DNA of 64,000 nt from Coniocarpon cinnabarinum (lineage: Eukaryota). A program made the position numbers and the translations under genes. The stretch covers positions 62,001-126,000 of the forward strand of contig JAVECO010000009.1 of assembly GCA_051942205.1 (NCBI GenBank), read 5' to 3'. Under the pieces are notes generated by a model that saw only the letters and a list, made by a program, of their open reading frames with translations, ran no database searches and had not been told where the DNA came from. Positions 36,314 through 48,678 of this stretch are shown piece after piece. Each line of letters begins with the position of its first letter. Within the stretch, counting starts at the first letter, position 1.

Positions 36314-37939
36314 ATGGCGTCGCATCTTGTTGTGATTGATGCGTCCGCGCGAAGACATACCATCAAAACGACGCCTGGGAAATACTTGAACGATGTACTG
36401 CAGGAGGCTTGCGGGAAGTTTGGAGTTGATCCCAACTTATATGGGTTGAAGTAGGTGCGGACCCTGCTTCACGTTCACCCAACATCGTCAAAGGTTGGGA
36501 CCATGACAAGAGGCTGACAAAACGGTCGCAGGCACAATGACAAACCTGTCGATTTGGGGCGCACCGTTCAGCTCTCGGGCCTTTCTCCTGGCGCCAGATT
36601 GAACTTGATCCAGTCGTCTCGTTCAGCAGCGCCCGTCACAGTTGCTTTACAGCTACCTCAAGCAGCAGCATCAACTCCAGGAACGCGGCTTGTTGATAAA
36701 TTTCCTTCCACAACGAGTCTGTGGCAGGTGCTACGTCGGTTCGAAAGTGGAGTAGCAGGTGGAGAGGCCTCAGCGGGCAAGAACTTCAACTTCACGCAAC
36801 GAGCCACACCGCTCATGTCAGATGGAGGCAACGCTGCAACAGACGGTTCTAGTGGTGCTGGACGTTTGTGCTATGAGATGCCCACCCTAAACGTCATGGG
36901 TCGGCAACTGGAGAGTATCACCGATCTGAGCAGGACGTTGCAACAGCTAGGCATCAGTGGAAATGTCATGATGCGGCTGAGTTTCAAGAACACCATGCAA
37001 CCACTCGAAGACGCCATGAAAACCATAAGTCAATACTTTGACGACATTGCCGAGCAGCCTCTACAAGCAGTTGACAACATTACCACATCCACGGCTGAGC
37101 CATCCGGACCTCAGGACCCTTCACATATCTCTAGCGAGCCTCCCGATACTGGTCAAGCAAACAATGTCCCCTCTGCAGAAACACAGACTTTACCCAACAG
37201 CTCGACAACACCCGCATCGCCATCTACGGCCGATGTGACCGTTTTCAGCGCCCCGGTTGGTCCTCCTTCAGCCAGTTTGTCCGATGCAAATACACACAAT
37301 GATAATGACTACATTCCAACGGCTGAGCACGCACGCTCGCATCAAGCTAATCTCGCTCGTGCCTCTCGAAATCGACGCTTGCCCACGGATGCAGAAGTAG
37401 CACAAGCTCAGAAGGATCGTGATGCAGACCTGGTAAAGGTACAAAGCGTGACCGTGCGTTTACGGTTTCCGGACCAAATGGTCGTGCAGAAAGTATACGG
37501 GCAGAGTGACACGTTGCAAACGCTGTACGATACGTGTCGTAGCGTGATGGATCTGGGAGCAGGCGAGAATATCGAGCTAGTTGCTGCCGGAATGGGGTCG
37601 GGTGGTGCCGTGCAAGGCGCTGGAGTAGGTGTGATGGAGAGACTGGCAGAAGACGAGCGAAAACTAATTAGAGATCTCGGATGGACGGGGAGGGTGCTAG
37701 TCACGGTCGGGTGGACTTCAAACGTGAGTCAAGAGCGAAGAGCACGTCCGAGCCTGCGACAAAATTACAGAGCACAAGCAGAGCAAATGAAAGTGGAATC
37801 GCCGAACCCTCGGGTGGAGGAGAAGACAAATGGACCGACGGCGGCTGCTGTCACTGCAGGCGAAGATGACGACAAGGGTAAGAAGAAAGGAGATAAAGAG
37901 GCTCGGCTGAAGAAGCTGCTGGGCTTCAAGAAGGGCTAG
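36314..37939 (+). CDS. TUG/ASPSCR1-like UBX-domain Cdc48 adaptor (Ubx4-like), 2 exons
   Basis: Exon 1 MASHLVVIDASARRHTIKTTPGKYLNDVLQEAC (TUG-UBL1); intron 36451-36531; LSGLSPGARL and the UBX segment VTVRLRFPDQ. Confidence 0.85.
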
Positions 37940-38141
37940 AGGCAATCGTTGTTTGTCATCATTACGTATAGCATCATGATCACGATGGGAATGAATGTAT
38001 AGATCAATTTTGAAGTTCAGAATGGTGAGCGTTCATTTCATTTATTGCTATCGGAACTCGATGCATTGAAAAAGCCTCCCGGTCAATCAAACAAAATAGC
38101 AGGGCCTTTCACACCCAAGAAAACACCAGCTCCAAACGCCA

Positions 38142-38792
38142 TCACTCCCCCCCATTCTCGCTCTCCCACTGCGCCATCCAGGCGTCAGCGGTATCCGCAT
38201 CTCTCTTCAACTCCTCATAGGCACCAGGAGCGAAATCGGCCGGCTCATTGGCCACCGGAGCAACAGATTGTCCGCTATCTTGCGGATTTGTTGGGAAACT
38301 GCCTGATAATTGGTAAGATCGACGGTTCAAAAGCTGAAATTCGACCGGAATTTCCCCCAAAAAGGCGCGAAACCCGGCAGAAACCGACTCAAACTCACCA
38401 GCACGGCCAGGAGGCATGTAGCCGGGCACGATTCGACGTTGTGTTGGGTTTCCGGGCACGATTTGGGAGCGGGGCGCAGCCGAACCTATCGTCTTGGCCT
38501 GCTTGGCCGCGTGGAAGTTCTGTTCTAACACTTGGTAGGTCGACATTTTTGCTGATAGCCGCTTTGATGTGCTGGCCTTTTTGGGATTCGCAGCTTTGTT
38601 GGTGGCTTTGCGGACCGCTCTCGGCTCCCACTTCAATTGGATGCTATAGTCGCAGTGGCGGTTGGATTTGATGCAATTTTCGCACGAGGGCCTGGCTTCT
38701 GAACACTTGATCTTTCTTTTCTTGCAATTTCGACAACCAAATCTGCTGCGGCGCTTTGGTTCTCGATGGATGGATTTGGAGAGATTGGTCAT
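38142..38792 (-). CDS. Short Zn(II)2Cys6 protein (DNA-binding cluster only)
   Basis: RSRFGCRNCKKRKIKCSEARPSCENCIKSNRHCDYSIQLKW; ATG 38792; ~216 aa. Confidence 0.8.
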   Translation of the reverse strand: MTNLSKSIHREPKRRSRFGCRNCKKRKIKCSEARPSCENCIKSNRHCDYSIQLKWEPRAVRKATNKAANPKKASTSKRLSAKMSTYQVLEQNFHAAKQAKTIGSAAPRSQIVPGNPTQRRIVPGYMPPGRAGEFESVSAGFRAFLGEIPVEFQLLNRRSYQLSGSFPTNPQDSGQSVAPVANEPADFAPGAYEELKRDADTADAWMAQWESENGGE

Positions 38793-39477
38793 TCTGAGGA
38801 GAGGAAAAAGGAGAGGCGGAATTTGTGGGCGAGCGGTTTGGCTTATGTCAGCGGCAGGCCGGCGCAAGGCAAGAGGTGTTCAGCAATCTAATTAAACGGG
38901 TGGCGAGTCTGGCTGTGGTCCGTGAGGCAAATTTCACCTGTCGGATTCAAGGCAAATCCGTGTGATTGACGAATCACGGAGGACGAGAAGAGGACGAGGA
39001 GAAGAGGATGTTATTTATGATGGACTCTATCCATCGCGTGAACAGCATCATCACTGCATATCACATGAACTTTGAGGCGAACGAGACGCAGAGAGGGGTT
39101 CCTGGGGTGGTGGTGAAGCCCTCAGAGGCAGCATCACCACAGACGACGCTAGATGCTGATCTCTGTCAGACTAGCCAACCAAGCGGGAGCGCCCTTGGAC
39201 TAGCCCCACAGCGCACGTGGTTCTGACCGGCTGACGTCGATGGATGGCACCGGCAGCAAGGAGGCGGTGTGGGGCTGGGGCCAAAGAGCCGCCCAGACTC
39301 GAGTCAGCTGCCTGCTTCCAAAACCAAAAAAGTTCAGGCCACGTTATTCACTACTGGGATCTACCCGTGTCTTTCCCTGTCGCCAAGGTCTGCTGTTGTT
39401 GTTCTTGTTTCGGATCATCGAATTCTCGTCTAATTTCTCTGGTTCACGTTGGCAGCGCATTGATCTTTCGCAGTACC

Positions 39478-40718
39478 ATGGATTCCGACAGACATCCGCA
39501 CCAGCAACAGGCTGCCATCCAACTTCTGTCTAAACATCCTCTGCAACGCTTCGCAGCACCATCGCGCAATTCGTCTCTCCTTCTCCACGGCATCGGTTTG
39601 AGCAGCTTTAGCTATAGCTTCTACTACCTCCTCGCCTATCCCAACGCCATGTAAGCAGCCTTTTGACCTTTCCGACCGTCCAAATTCGTTTCCATTCTCT
39701 CTTGCTGACCCAATTCCAGTTCTGAGGCGTATGGCTGGCATTTTCAATTCTTGACCATCATTGGCTTGTCCCTCGCGACGGTGACCTTCATCATTGCCTT
39801 TTTGGCTGACGTCACGCTCTCGAGACGGTTGTTTGCTATTAAGAATGCGATGGCCACGGCGGCGGCGCCTCTCGAGTTGCTGATTTCGCTCCTTTACTGG
39901 GGATTGCGTTTGGTGCGTACATTTTCTTGCTGCATATTCGCGATTTGCTCTGTACGCGGCCGGCGAGGCTCCTTGCCAATTGATTCATCAGCACTCCAAA
40001 CACTATCAGCAGCTTCATTCATTCATTCTCCCTCCTCGAATGAATCGACGAATCCATCACGAACCCTTCCATAAGCTCCTATACAAGATTAACAGATTCA
40101 TCACTCACAACCCCCTCACACGCGCGACAAATCCGCGCGTATTCACGTCGGCGAGTTCATAATCAGTCACAAGCCATTGCAACCGCATTACGACCTCAGA
40201 CCCAGTCTCAAGCCCAGCACTCGCACAATTCACACTCCATTTTTACCCAGCTCCACACATCCATGACCCTCCTTTCTCACCCACCGTGCCATACCAAAGG
40301 CTAACAGAAACAGATCGACCCCCAACTCGTCAAACCCGAAAACATGCCCATACCACCCCTCTACGCCGATCTCTCCTTCCACCTGAACCCCACATTACTC
40401 CTCCTCCTCGACATCCTCCTCTTATCACCCCCCTGGACCATCTCCGCCCTCCCCGCCATGGCTCTCAGCAGTGCAATCGCCATTGGGTACTGGTTCTGGA
40501 TCGAGCACTGTCATGCGAAGAATGGATTCTATCCTTATCCCATTTTTGAAGGGGGTTTGGGAATGAGGGTGGGGCTTTTTGTGGGGAGTGCAGTCGTGAT
40601 GGCTTTGGGCACTTTTCTGATGGAAGGTCTGTACACGGTGGTGAATGGCAAGACGCCAGATTCGAGGGTTTCGAGAATGAACGGAGCGATGAACGGAGGA
40701 GCAAAGAAGGGGCAGTGA
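39478..40718 (+). CDS. FAR-17a/AIG1-like membrane protein, 3 exons
   Basis: Introns 39651-39719 and 39913-40313; YGWHFQFLT, PLELLISLLYWGL, DLSFHLNP and NGFYPYPIF motifs. Confidence 0.88.
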
Positions 40719-42800
40719 TTGCTTTTGGATCTTCTGGTGGGTGTGTTAGGCCTGTGGTCTCGTGACGTATTGGCGCTTGGTCGGTTGCACATGAGGAAGT
40801 GGAATCGAAATTGGCAAGCGATTTATCTCGACGCATTTTTTGGATGGCGAAACGTGATAGATGGGCGATGTCGCATCGCTAGATATAGCTATTTAGAGGG
40901 CATTTAAGAATCAGGATCTAGACCATTTAGAACATAAGCACCATCTCAGAGCTTGAGCACCTATCCCGTCCACACCATCGTGTTTCATCATCAATCTAAC
41001 TTGTTCATCTCCTACACGTGCGAAACAAAGAATGCATTCCGGAATTTTACTCGTATTATGGATGTCGCGCTTCCCACACCGCCTCCTTGCCTTTCGGTTG
41101 CATTTAGCAAGCCGACAACTCTTGCCCCGCAGCCATCTCTCAGGAAAAAAGATCAAAATGTATGATAACTCCATCGCAAAGAAAACACAGGACTCGTGTT
41201 GTCCATACCGCCATGGCGAGGACCAAACACATGTGAATGAGCGCAATAACAATACCAATTACATTGAAAGAAACCTCTCCTGCGAGACCAAGGAGACAGC
41301 ATTTGCGTTGGCTTTGCATGCTACGATAACAACACCAGCGATAGCATCTTCTGGAATATTCACAAATCTGAGAGAGAGCAGAAAATGACGGAATTGACTG
41401 CACTCTTTGCCAGTACGACACACGGGGAACAGCACTTCACAGTGATTTCGATTCTATAAGAACATTTGCTTGTGCAGGTATGCAGTAAAAGCCTCAACTA
41501 AACGAACGACATTTCGTTAACAGTGTAGCGTGATGTGAAGTGTGCTCGATTTCCGTGCTTCGGACGCCACTGGCTGATTGAATACGGTTTCTTGAGTTGC
41601 TTAGAAGAGCGCGTTTCCAATCTCGCAAGGAGGCTTCATCCAAATGCGAGGGCTTGCAATACCGATTCAGCTCTTGTCGTTCCCACGTCCTCTGCGAATG
41701 ACTAGTCCTCGAGCGAGCATCATTTGACACCGGCGTGGTGTTGGGCAACATCAATGAGTCTGATACTAACACTTGCACATGAACACACATGCACATGTAC
41801 TCCGCAGGTAAACGCAGGAAAACGGTACGTGTTTCCATATGTGATATCGCAACTCGCGATCATGCTTCTCCGTCTTTTTCGTTGCAAGGGGCTTGACCGC
41901 GTTCCAGCCGCAGATGCAAAGGCAGACGTAATCCTCAAAAATTCGGAACGAGTGTACAAAACAATGGGTGGCCATTATTTACTACCAGTATACGACGCAC
42001 GTTCGCATGTGACCCGAGCCCTTGCACTTGCTGCATCATGACGCTCGCTATACATCTCGACTACTTGCCACTTACAGATGCGCAACCGTGGTCCTGCAGT
42101 GGAACTGCCTTTTAAAGCTTTGTTATACCTACGCTCTATGCACTGGTTCGGAGCATGTCTTACAACAGGCATCAGGAACAACAGAACCATAAGCAAATTT
42201 GCTGCGATTCAGCGTCCCAGGTTTATCTCGCTTTTTTGAGATTCGCAAGAGAAAAATGTCCTGCCATGTTCACTCAATGTGGCCCATCTTCCGCGATTCC
42301 CGACAGCACTGCTTCAGCCGCCGGTACTTGACTCGTAGAAACGGTTCAGAGCTTGCGGGTGTGACGTCGGGCTTTACTGAGGGGAAAGATCAGCTGGCCA
42401 TTCTTCATGGCTCCAGGCTTGATGCAGAACAGGGCCTTGGGATCAGGTGGCTCAAATGACCAAGCCAGTATAAAGCGAAAATTCCGGTTGGGCGAAATGT
42501 GATCACAAAGCATTGACGTGTTTTAGTGAGATTTCAATCCTGGAGGTGAGATCCTCAGCGAGATCGTGTCCGTCATCTTGGTCGCCTGGACGAAGGCATT
42601 GGAGCGTTGAATGAGTGACAAAGATATTCTGATCACGTGGTTTATTTGCCGCATACTGAAGTATGACCACAATTGGAAGGAGATGATACGTCTTTTGCAC
42701 AGGATGACGGTCTCGGCCGAAAGCAACCAAAGATGGGGCATGTGTCACCCAAGCTGTCGTTTTGCCCCCTATACCGGCTGCATGTTCCAAGACCAAGCTG

Positions 42801-45800
42801 ATGTCCGCCAAGTTACTCCGTCGCAACCAACCCGTCCGCTCTCTCGCCCTCGCGACAGAGTCACATGTCCTCGTCTTCGTCAACAACCGCGTCGAGCTCT
42901 ACGAAAGTTCCCAGGCCGACTTGCTTGACTACAAACCTCTCAGCTACAGCGTCCATGGCACGCTCGGCCTCATCACCATCGAGGACGATGTGTTCATCTG
43001 TGTCGTCACGGGCGCGAATAAGGTCGCGTCGGTGAGACCTGGGGAGACGGTGCAGCAGATCCTGTCGGTGGATTTTCATTGCCTGAACCGTGCGGACCAT
43101 GATTACATCTTAGACCAGGATGCTGGACTAGTGTATCAGAATGATTTCGCTGATGACGATGTATCCTCTCCACGTTCTCAACCCCCGCAGGCGCAGCAAG
43201 CTCATCCCTGTCTCGCTCTCAAGAAGTTGCTCGGCGATGGTAGCTTTTACTTTAGTACCGACTTTGACCTGACCAACCGTCTGCAAGATCGGTCCGAAAT
43301 TCAAGGTTCTTTCGCGTTTGATGACTTCAACAAGGCTTACTTGTGGAACTCGTACATGATCAAGCCCTTGATTGACTTTCGGAGTCGACTTTCGGACGTG
43401 GAAAGAAGTCAGCTAGACTCTACGCGCCTGCTCACGTCTGCCACTCGGGGCTTTGCCAGAACGTATAGCATACCGCCTGGCTCGTCGCCTGTACGAAGCG
43501 TTCGACATGGGATGCCCTCCACCCTGACGCTCATCTCAAGATTGTCGTGCATGAGAGCCGGCACCCGCTTCAATGCGCGGGGCATCGACGACGAAGGCCA
43601 CGTCGCCAACTTTGTAGAGTCCGAGGTGATCTTTTCGACTCCGACCGGGCTGACGTTCTCCTACGTGCAAGTTCGCGGCAGCATTCCTCTATTCTGGGAG
43701 CAGCAAGCCGGTTTTGTCCCCCAGCAGCAAAAGATACACATCACACGGTCAACTCAAGCGACGCAACCCGCGTTTGACAAACACTTCGATGATCTGGAGA
43801 TGCGATACGACTCTATCCACATAGTCAACTTACTGAGCGACACGAAGACGCAAGAAATTGAGCTCTCTGATCGCTACCGATATCATGTTGCGCATTCACC
43901 TCTGAACAGCCGTAAAGATGGCGAACGGGGCGAGCACCAGCTGCTACGTGAGACGGATTACGATTTCCACGCCGAAACTCAGAACGGGCGTTACGAAGCT
44001 GCCAGCTCCATCGCTGCCTTCATCCGAGATTCTGCTGATGCGTTTGGATACTGTCTGATGGACGTCGTCGGCGAACCTGGGCAAGGATCGTTTGATCTGC
44101 TTTCGAGCCCCTCTCAGCGGTCTCCTCACGCCGCGCTCATACTCCAACAACAAGGCGTGTTCCGAACCAATTGTCTCGACTGCCTCGATCGCACCAATCT
44201 CATCCAGACCATCATTTCCCGCATGGCCTTTGAGGCATTCCTGAGCCAGCGGGGTGAGCGCATCACCGGCGAGTTCAACGCGCGCCACGGGACACTTTGG
44301 GCAGACAACGGCGATGCGCTTTCTCGCATCTACGCCGGCACAAACGCCTTGAAGTCGTCTTTCACAAGAGTCGGCAAGTCGACCTTGGCTGGTTTCGTCT
44401 CCGATATTGGCAAAAACGTGCAACGGACATACATGAACAATTTCACGGACAACTCGCGCCAACAGACCATCGATCTCCTGCTCGGTCGATTGGTGGGCCA
44501 AGCGCCGGTGCAGCTCTATGACCCAATCAACGACTGGGTCACTGCCCAACTGTCCCAGCGCTCTGCCGAGTTCTCCAATTCTCGCAACATCACCGTGTGG
44601 ACAGGGACACTGAACCTCAATGGTCGCGACACCGGCCTCAACGCTGATCTAACCTCCTGGCTCTCGCCGCCCGCACTGCCTCCCAATCAACGCACGCCCT
44701 CCATCATCGCCATCGGCTTCCAAGAGATTGTCGAACTCACCAGCCAAACCATCATGAACACCGAACCCCTTCGCCGCCAGCAATGGGAGAAAACCGTCTC
44801 TACCCAACTCCACGCCCTCGCCTCCCGGAATAATACTGAAGAGTACATCCTCCTCCGCGGCGGCCAGCTCGTCGGCGCCTCACTCTCCATCTTCATCCAG
44901 AAGTCACTCTTGCCTGTCGTCAAAAACGTGGAAGGCTCTCTCAAGAAAACAGGCCTCCAGGGCCTTGCGGGCAATAAAGGCGCGGTCGCCATCCGTCTCG
45001 ACATTGCGGATACGTCGCTCTGCTTCGTGACGGCGCATATGGCCGCGGGCTTTGCGAACTACGAAGAGCGCAATCGCGATTATCGCACGATTTCCCATGG
45101 ATTGCGCTTCGGCCGGAATCGCAGTATCGAAGATCATAGTGCCGTCATCTGGCTGGGTGACTTCAACTATCGCATTGGCCTCGGTCACGCTGATGTCCTT
45201 GATCTGATTCAGCAGAGAAATTGGCGTCAGCTGTATGAGAATGACCAGCTGCATATTCAGATGACGCATGGTCTGGCTTTCCAGCATTACGCGGAGAACG
45301 AGATCAAGTTCCCGCCGACGTATAAATACGATATTGGGAGAGATACGTATGATACGAGTGAGAAGGCGCGCATACCTGCATGGTGCGACCGGATTCTGAG
45401 AAAAGGCACTTGTATTCGCCAATTGAGCTATTATGCATCCGATCTGAACATCTCCGACCACAGACCCGTCTACGCCACATTCGAACTCCGCGTCTCCATG
45501 ATCGATGCCAAAAGACGCGATAGATTAGCAGAGGAGTTGTATCATTCGCGACGGGCAACAACGGGGAGCGCTCTGCATCTCAATGGAGCAGGCAGCGATG
45601 TCTCCGACCCAGACGATCTGATCAATCTAGGGAATGAGACAGGGTTACCGCCCGCGAGCAGCGAAAAGCGGAAATGGTGGCTTGATGGCGGATTCCCCGT
45701 GCGAAGCCAAGTCGGCCCGCCGAAAGCAGGCATGGTTTCGAATCCTGAGGTATCGAATCCGTTCGTGAAGAGTGACGTGCCGGAATGGGTGAGAGCTGTG

Positions 45801-46061
45801 CCGGAACGGGAAAACGTCGCTGTTGGTGGTAGTGGGGGAGTTGGTAGGGGAGCAAGAGGGGGACCTGGTGGAGAGAATGGAGCTGTGAATCTAGGTGCCG
45901 GTGGACGATATGCGGCGGCCGATGCTTCCGTAGGTTATACGAACGGAGCAACAGGCGGCGTGAGAACACCACAGACTGACACGGCTTTGAGACGTAACAA
46001 TAGAGACGTGAAATCGCAAGAGACGCGCAATGGATATAATGAGAAAAGCCTTTTGGATTGA
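42801..46061 (+). CDS. Synaptojanin-like phosphoinositide phosphatase (Sac1 + 5-phosphatase; Inp52/Inp53-like)
   Basis: RAGTRFNARGIDDEGHVANFVE, CX5R motif RTNCLDCLDRTN, GNKGAV, WLGDFNYR, PAWCDRIL, SDHRPV; first in-frame ATG at 42801. Confidence 0.95.
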   Translation: MSAKLLRRNQPVRSLALATESHVLVFVNNRVELYESSQADLLDYKPLSYSVHGTLGLITIEDDVFICVVTGANKVASVRPGETVQQILSVDFHCLNRADHDYILDQDAGLVYQNDFADDDVSSPRSQPPQAQQAHPCLALKKLLGDGSFYFSTDFDLTNRLQDRSEIQGSFAFDDFNKAYLWNSYMIKPLIDFRSRLSDVERSQLDSTRLLTSATRGFARTYSIPPGSSPVRSVRHGMPSTLTLISRLSCMRAGTRFNARGIDDEGHVANFVESEVIFSTPTGLTFSYVQVRGSIPLFWEQQAGFVPQQQKIHITRSTQATQPAFDKHFDDLEMRYDSIHIVNLLSDTKTQEIELSDRYRYHVAHSPLNSRKDGERGEHQLLRETDYDFHAETQNGRYEAASSIAAFIRDSADAFGYCLMDVVGEPGQGSFDLLSSPSQRSPHAALILQQQGVFRTNCLDCLDRTNLIQTIISRMAFEAFLSQRGERITGEFNARHGTLWADNGDALSRIYAGTNALKSSFTRVGKSTLAGFVSDIGKNVQRTYMNNFTDNSRQQTIDLLLGRLVGQAPVQLYDPINDWVTAQLSQRSAEFSNSRNITVWTGTLNLNGRDTGLNADLTSWLSPPALPPNQRTPSIIAIGFQEIVELTSQTIMNTEPLRRQQWEKTVSTQLHALASRNNTEEYILLRGGQLVGASLSIFIQKSLLPVVKNVEGSLKKTGLQGLAGNKGAVAIRLDIADTSLCFVTAHMAAGFANYEERNRDYRTISHGLRFGRNRSIEDHSAVIWLGDFNYRIGLGHADVLDLIQQRNWRQLYENDQLHIQMTHGLAFQHYAENEIKFPPTYKYDIGRDTYDTSEKARIPAWCDRILRKGTCIRQLSYYASDLNISDHRPVYATFELRVSMIDAKRRDRLAEELYHSRRATTGSALHLNGAGSDVSDPDDLINLGNETGLPPASSEKRKWWLDGGFPVRSQVGPPKAGMVSNPEVSNPFVKSDVPEWVRAVPERENVAVGGSGGVGRGARGGPGGENGAVNLGAGGRYAAADASVGYTNGATGGVRTPQTDTALRRNNRDVKSQETRNGYNEKSLLD

Positions 46062-47457
46062 CAGAGATACTTGGATTAATACAGGTACAATTATGAGTTT
46101 AGACAAGCGATGAAATAATAAAACTTTAGAGACATGTTTACTAAACTTTTCTCTATCCCACTGCTGTGGATGACTCGTTGTGGATGTGACTCGTTGTGTG
46201 TGACTCGTGAATGACTCGTTATGAAGAACTCATTATGAAAGATATATTATGAAAGATATTATGAATTTCAGAAAAAAGGTATACGCATGACCTCTCCAGC
46301 AAGACTTGGCTCTCATTTCGTCTTCTTCTCATGTCATTCATGATGCTGTGGGATGGTGTGCGATAGACACGGCATAAATCTTCAAAAAAGAAAAATGTAT
46401 GACGCGGTTGAGAAATCGCATGGTTGTTCCTTTTCTTTTCAAGACTTTGGTTTCAACTTGGCTCTCGCGGTTTCAACTTGGATCTCTTAGGATAAATGCC
46501 GCCAGAATTCGTAATTGGTTTGAGTGCTTCTTTACCTGACTGTTGCCTCGTACGTAGATAATAGATTTTTGTTACAGTAGCAGGTCACCCAACCTTAGCA
46601 CCCAGCCTTAGCACCTAGCTTCTCTATGCTTCACGAGTCGCAACGAACGCGAGTCGCAACACACGCGACGCACAAAAAGTGAGAAAAAAGAGCGGGAATC
46701 GAAACGTCAAGAGAAGTAGTCGAAGCGACACAGACAGAGGTCGGCCCATGTACACCAAGACAAAGTGAGAGAATGAATGTCGCAATTCGCCCAGCAATTG
46801 CGATTCCGTGCAAGCTTGATTTACGTATTCATAATTAATGATGCGTGCAGGAAGGGTCTCGAGTTTCTGGGGATCGGCGCAAAGCAACGAGGATCGAACG
46901 GAGGAACGCATGTGTTATTGTGATGTGCAATTTATGACGCTTCATGCGTCTCTATTCTTGAAGGATTTGTACAAGCATGTTGGTCGCGCGGAAGCGCGCC
47001 TATGATGAGAGTTGGGCTCTATGAACAAGAGATGCGCCGTCACGTCGAAAGACAAGGCAGGAAAATGGTATAACCCGTGCGTGGCAGCCTCCATGCCGAC
47101 TCAAGATAACATACCCTACTCCAGATTCAAAGCGAAGTACGCGTCCTGCCTGAGCAAAAACGGTAGACATCCACAGGCGATTGTCGAGGGCCGCGCGTAT
47201 CTGGGCGGGATGCACTGAGGTGCAGTCGTGAGACGGCCATGTGCTGCTGAAATTATGTATAGACCAGTGAGCCTCCATGCCTCACGAGGAGCTTGGAGGA
47301 AAGCACTTGCCACTTTGTAATTTCGACACTTCGTCCGAGACAGGCAGGCTTCGTCATTCCTTCCACAGCTTCGTGAGCCGAAATCTCCTTTTCGTGCTGG
47401 TTCGCTGCCTGGACGGAAATCCGGCAACGTTTCTCGTCTGTAACCCTTGTCATCAAA

Positions 47458-48678
47458 TTATCCCCTTAATAAAAGTACATGCTGTGCAGCACAGCTTTGG
47501 CGACAGAGCGGGCACTCAGGCTTCTCTCTGCACCACTCGCAGATACAATTCCAGCAAAAGACATGCCCACAAGTCGTTGCCGCCGGATCTTTCATCGGTT
47601 CAAGACAAAGTGTGCACTTCCGTGCCTGATGAAAAGCGCGGGTGCCTCCTCGACCTTGCGCGGCGCCCGCACCGAGCCACTTCATTGTATTCGAATTTGA
47701 GAGATCGATGTTGGGTTGTGAGCTAAAAAGGGTGCTTGTTAGAGCCGCAAGCTTGGCAGCTGAGGATGGAGAATGAGATGATGTCTCCGGGATTAACATG
47801 GCGTTGTTGATGCTGTATGCATGTGGATCCAGAGACACTTCGACGGCCCCGGGAAGGACGGCAGATGTCGATGCGGGAGTAGCCAGAGCGTCTGTCGACT
47901 GTGCTGAGGATGACTGGACCGTGTCGTGGATATGGAAGTATGATTGGACGGCAAGCTGAAGTATCAGCAAGACACCAAGCACTTCATACCCGGCACGTTG
48001 CTCGTTTGGGCCCAGTCGGCGAGTGAAAATATATCGAAGGTTGAGGACGCGCTTTGAGAGGTGATAGTATGCGCCGGAGAAGTAGAACGTCGCCAGTGAT
48101 AGGGCATAAAGTGACGCGGGCGAGGTCACTGTGTCGATGTGCGCCAGGAGATACTTCTGGAGGCCTTGCAGGAAGCGCAAGGAATTTGCTGGGCGCCGTA
48201 AAGAGGGTGATTTTGCATCCTGATCCTTCCTCAGGTCACTGGACCGCACGTTTCGCTCCAGAATCGAGCGTAGCTTGCGTCTCAGATGAGGCAAGAGCTT
48301 GCCCAGACCGTATGGTAGGACGATGTGCAGCACCAAGAATAAGGATCGTATCCTGGGTCGTGGAAGTCTCGTCGCTCCTCCACCCTCAACCTGAACAATG
48401 TCGCAGTACTCCTCGCCCAAGGTCCGGTTTCCAATCAATGTCGTCAACGTCAAATAGATGAGATCGGCAGCCGTTCGGGTCTCCGTGGCATAGTTATGCA
48501 AGATGCGAGCCCCGTAGACCTTGCGAAGCAGACTGGATAGTTGCTCAAGCAGAACGCCTTGAAAGTATGCATCTTTCTGGTGAGAACGTATGATGTCCGG
48601 AGACGCGGCGTGGGGAAACGTCCACTGAGACTCCTCCGAGTCCGGCCTCTGGGCTCCGATCAGACCCTGATCGCCCAT
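47458..48678 (-). CDS. PEX10: Peroxin 10, RING-finger peroxisomal E3 ligase
   Basis: PDIIRSHQKD, TLGEEYCD, C-terminal RING CTLCLE...CGHVFCWNCI..W..EKPECPLCR. Confidence 0.95.
   Translation of the reverse strand: MGDQGLIGAQRPDSEESQWTFPHAASPDIIRSHQKDAYFQGVLLEQLSSLLRKVYGARILHNYATETRTAADLIYLTLTTLIGNRTLGEEYCDIVQVEGGGATRLPRPRIRSLFLVLHIVLPYGLGKLLPHLRRKLRSILERNVRSSDLRKDQDAKSPSLRRPANSLRFLQGLQKYLLAHIDTVTSPASLYALSLATFYFSGAYYHLSKRVLNLRYIFTRRLGPNEQRAGYEVLGVLLILQLAVQSYFHIHDTVQSSSAQSTDALATPASTSAVLPGAVEVSLDPHAYSINNAMLIPETSSHSPSSAAKLAALTSTLFSSQPNIDLSNSNTMKWLGAGAAQGRGGTRAFHQARKCTLCLEPMKDPAATTCGHVFCWNCICEWCREKPECPLCRQSCAAQHVLLLRG

Noticed and set aside
32896..37939. Proteostasis 'cluster' (PUP3, Hsp20, UBX protein)
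   Set aside because: Adjacent housekeeping genes are expected in a compact genome; no shared regulatory motif could be shown
40004..40104. Minus-strand box C/D snoRNA (GTGATGA...CTGA) in the long intron
   Set aside because: It is antisense to the host intron, with no terminal stem or recognisable rRNA guide
40911..42460. Scattered short ORFs between the AIG1-like and synaptojanin-like genes, and 10382-10699
   Set aside because: No recognisable motifs or consistent exon chain; may be decayed genes but cannot be supported
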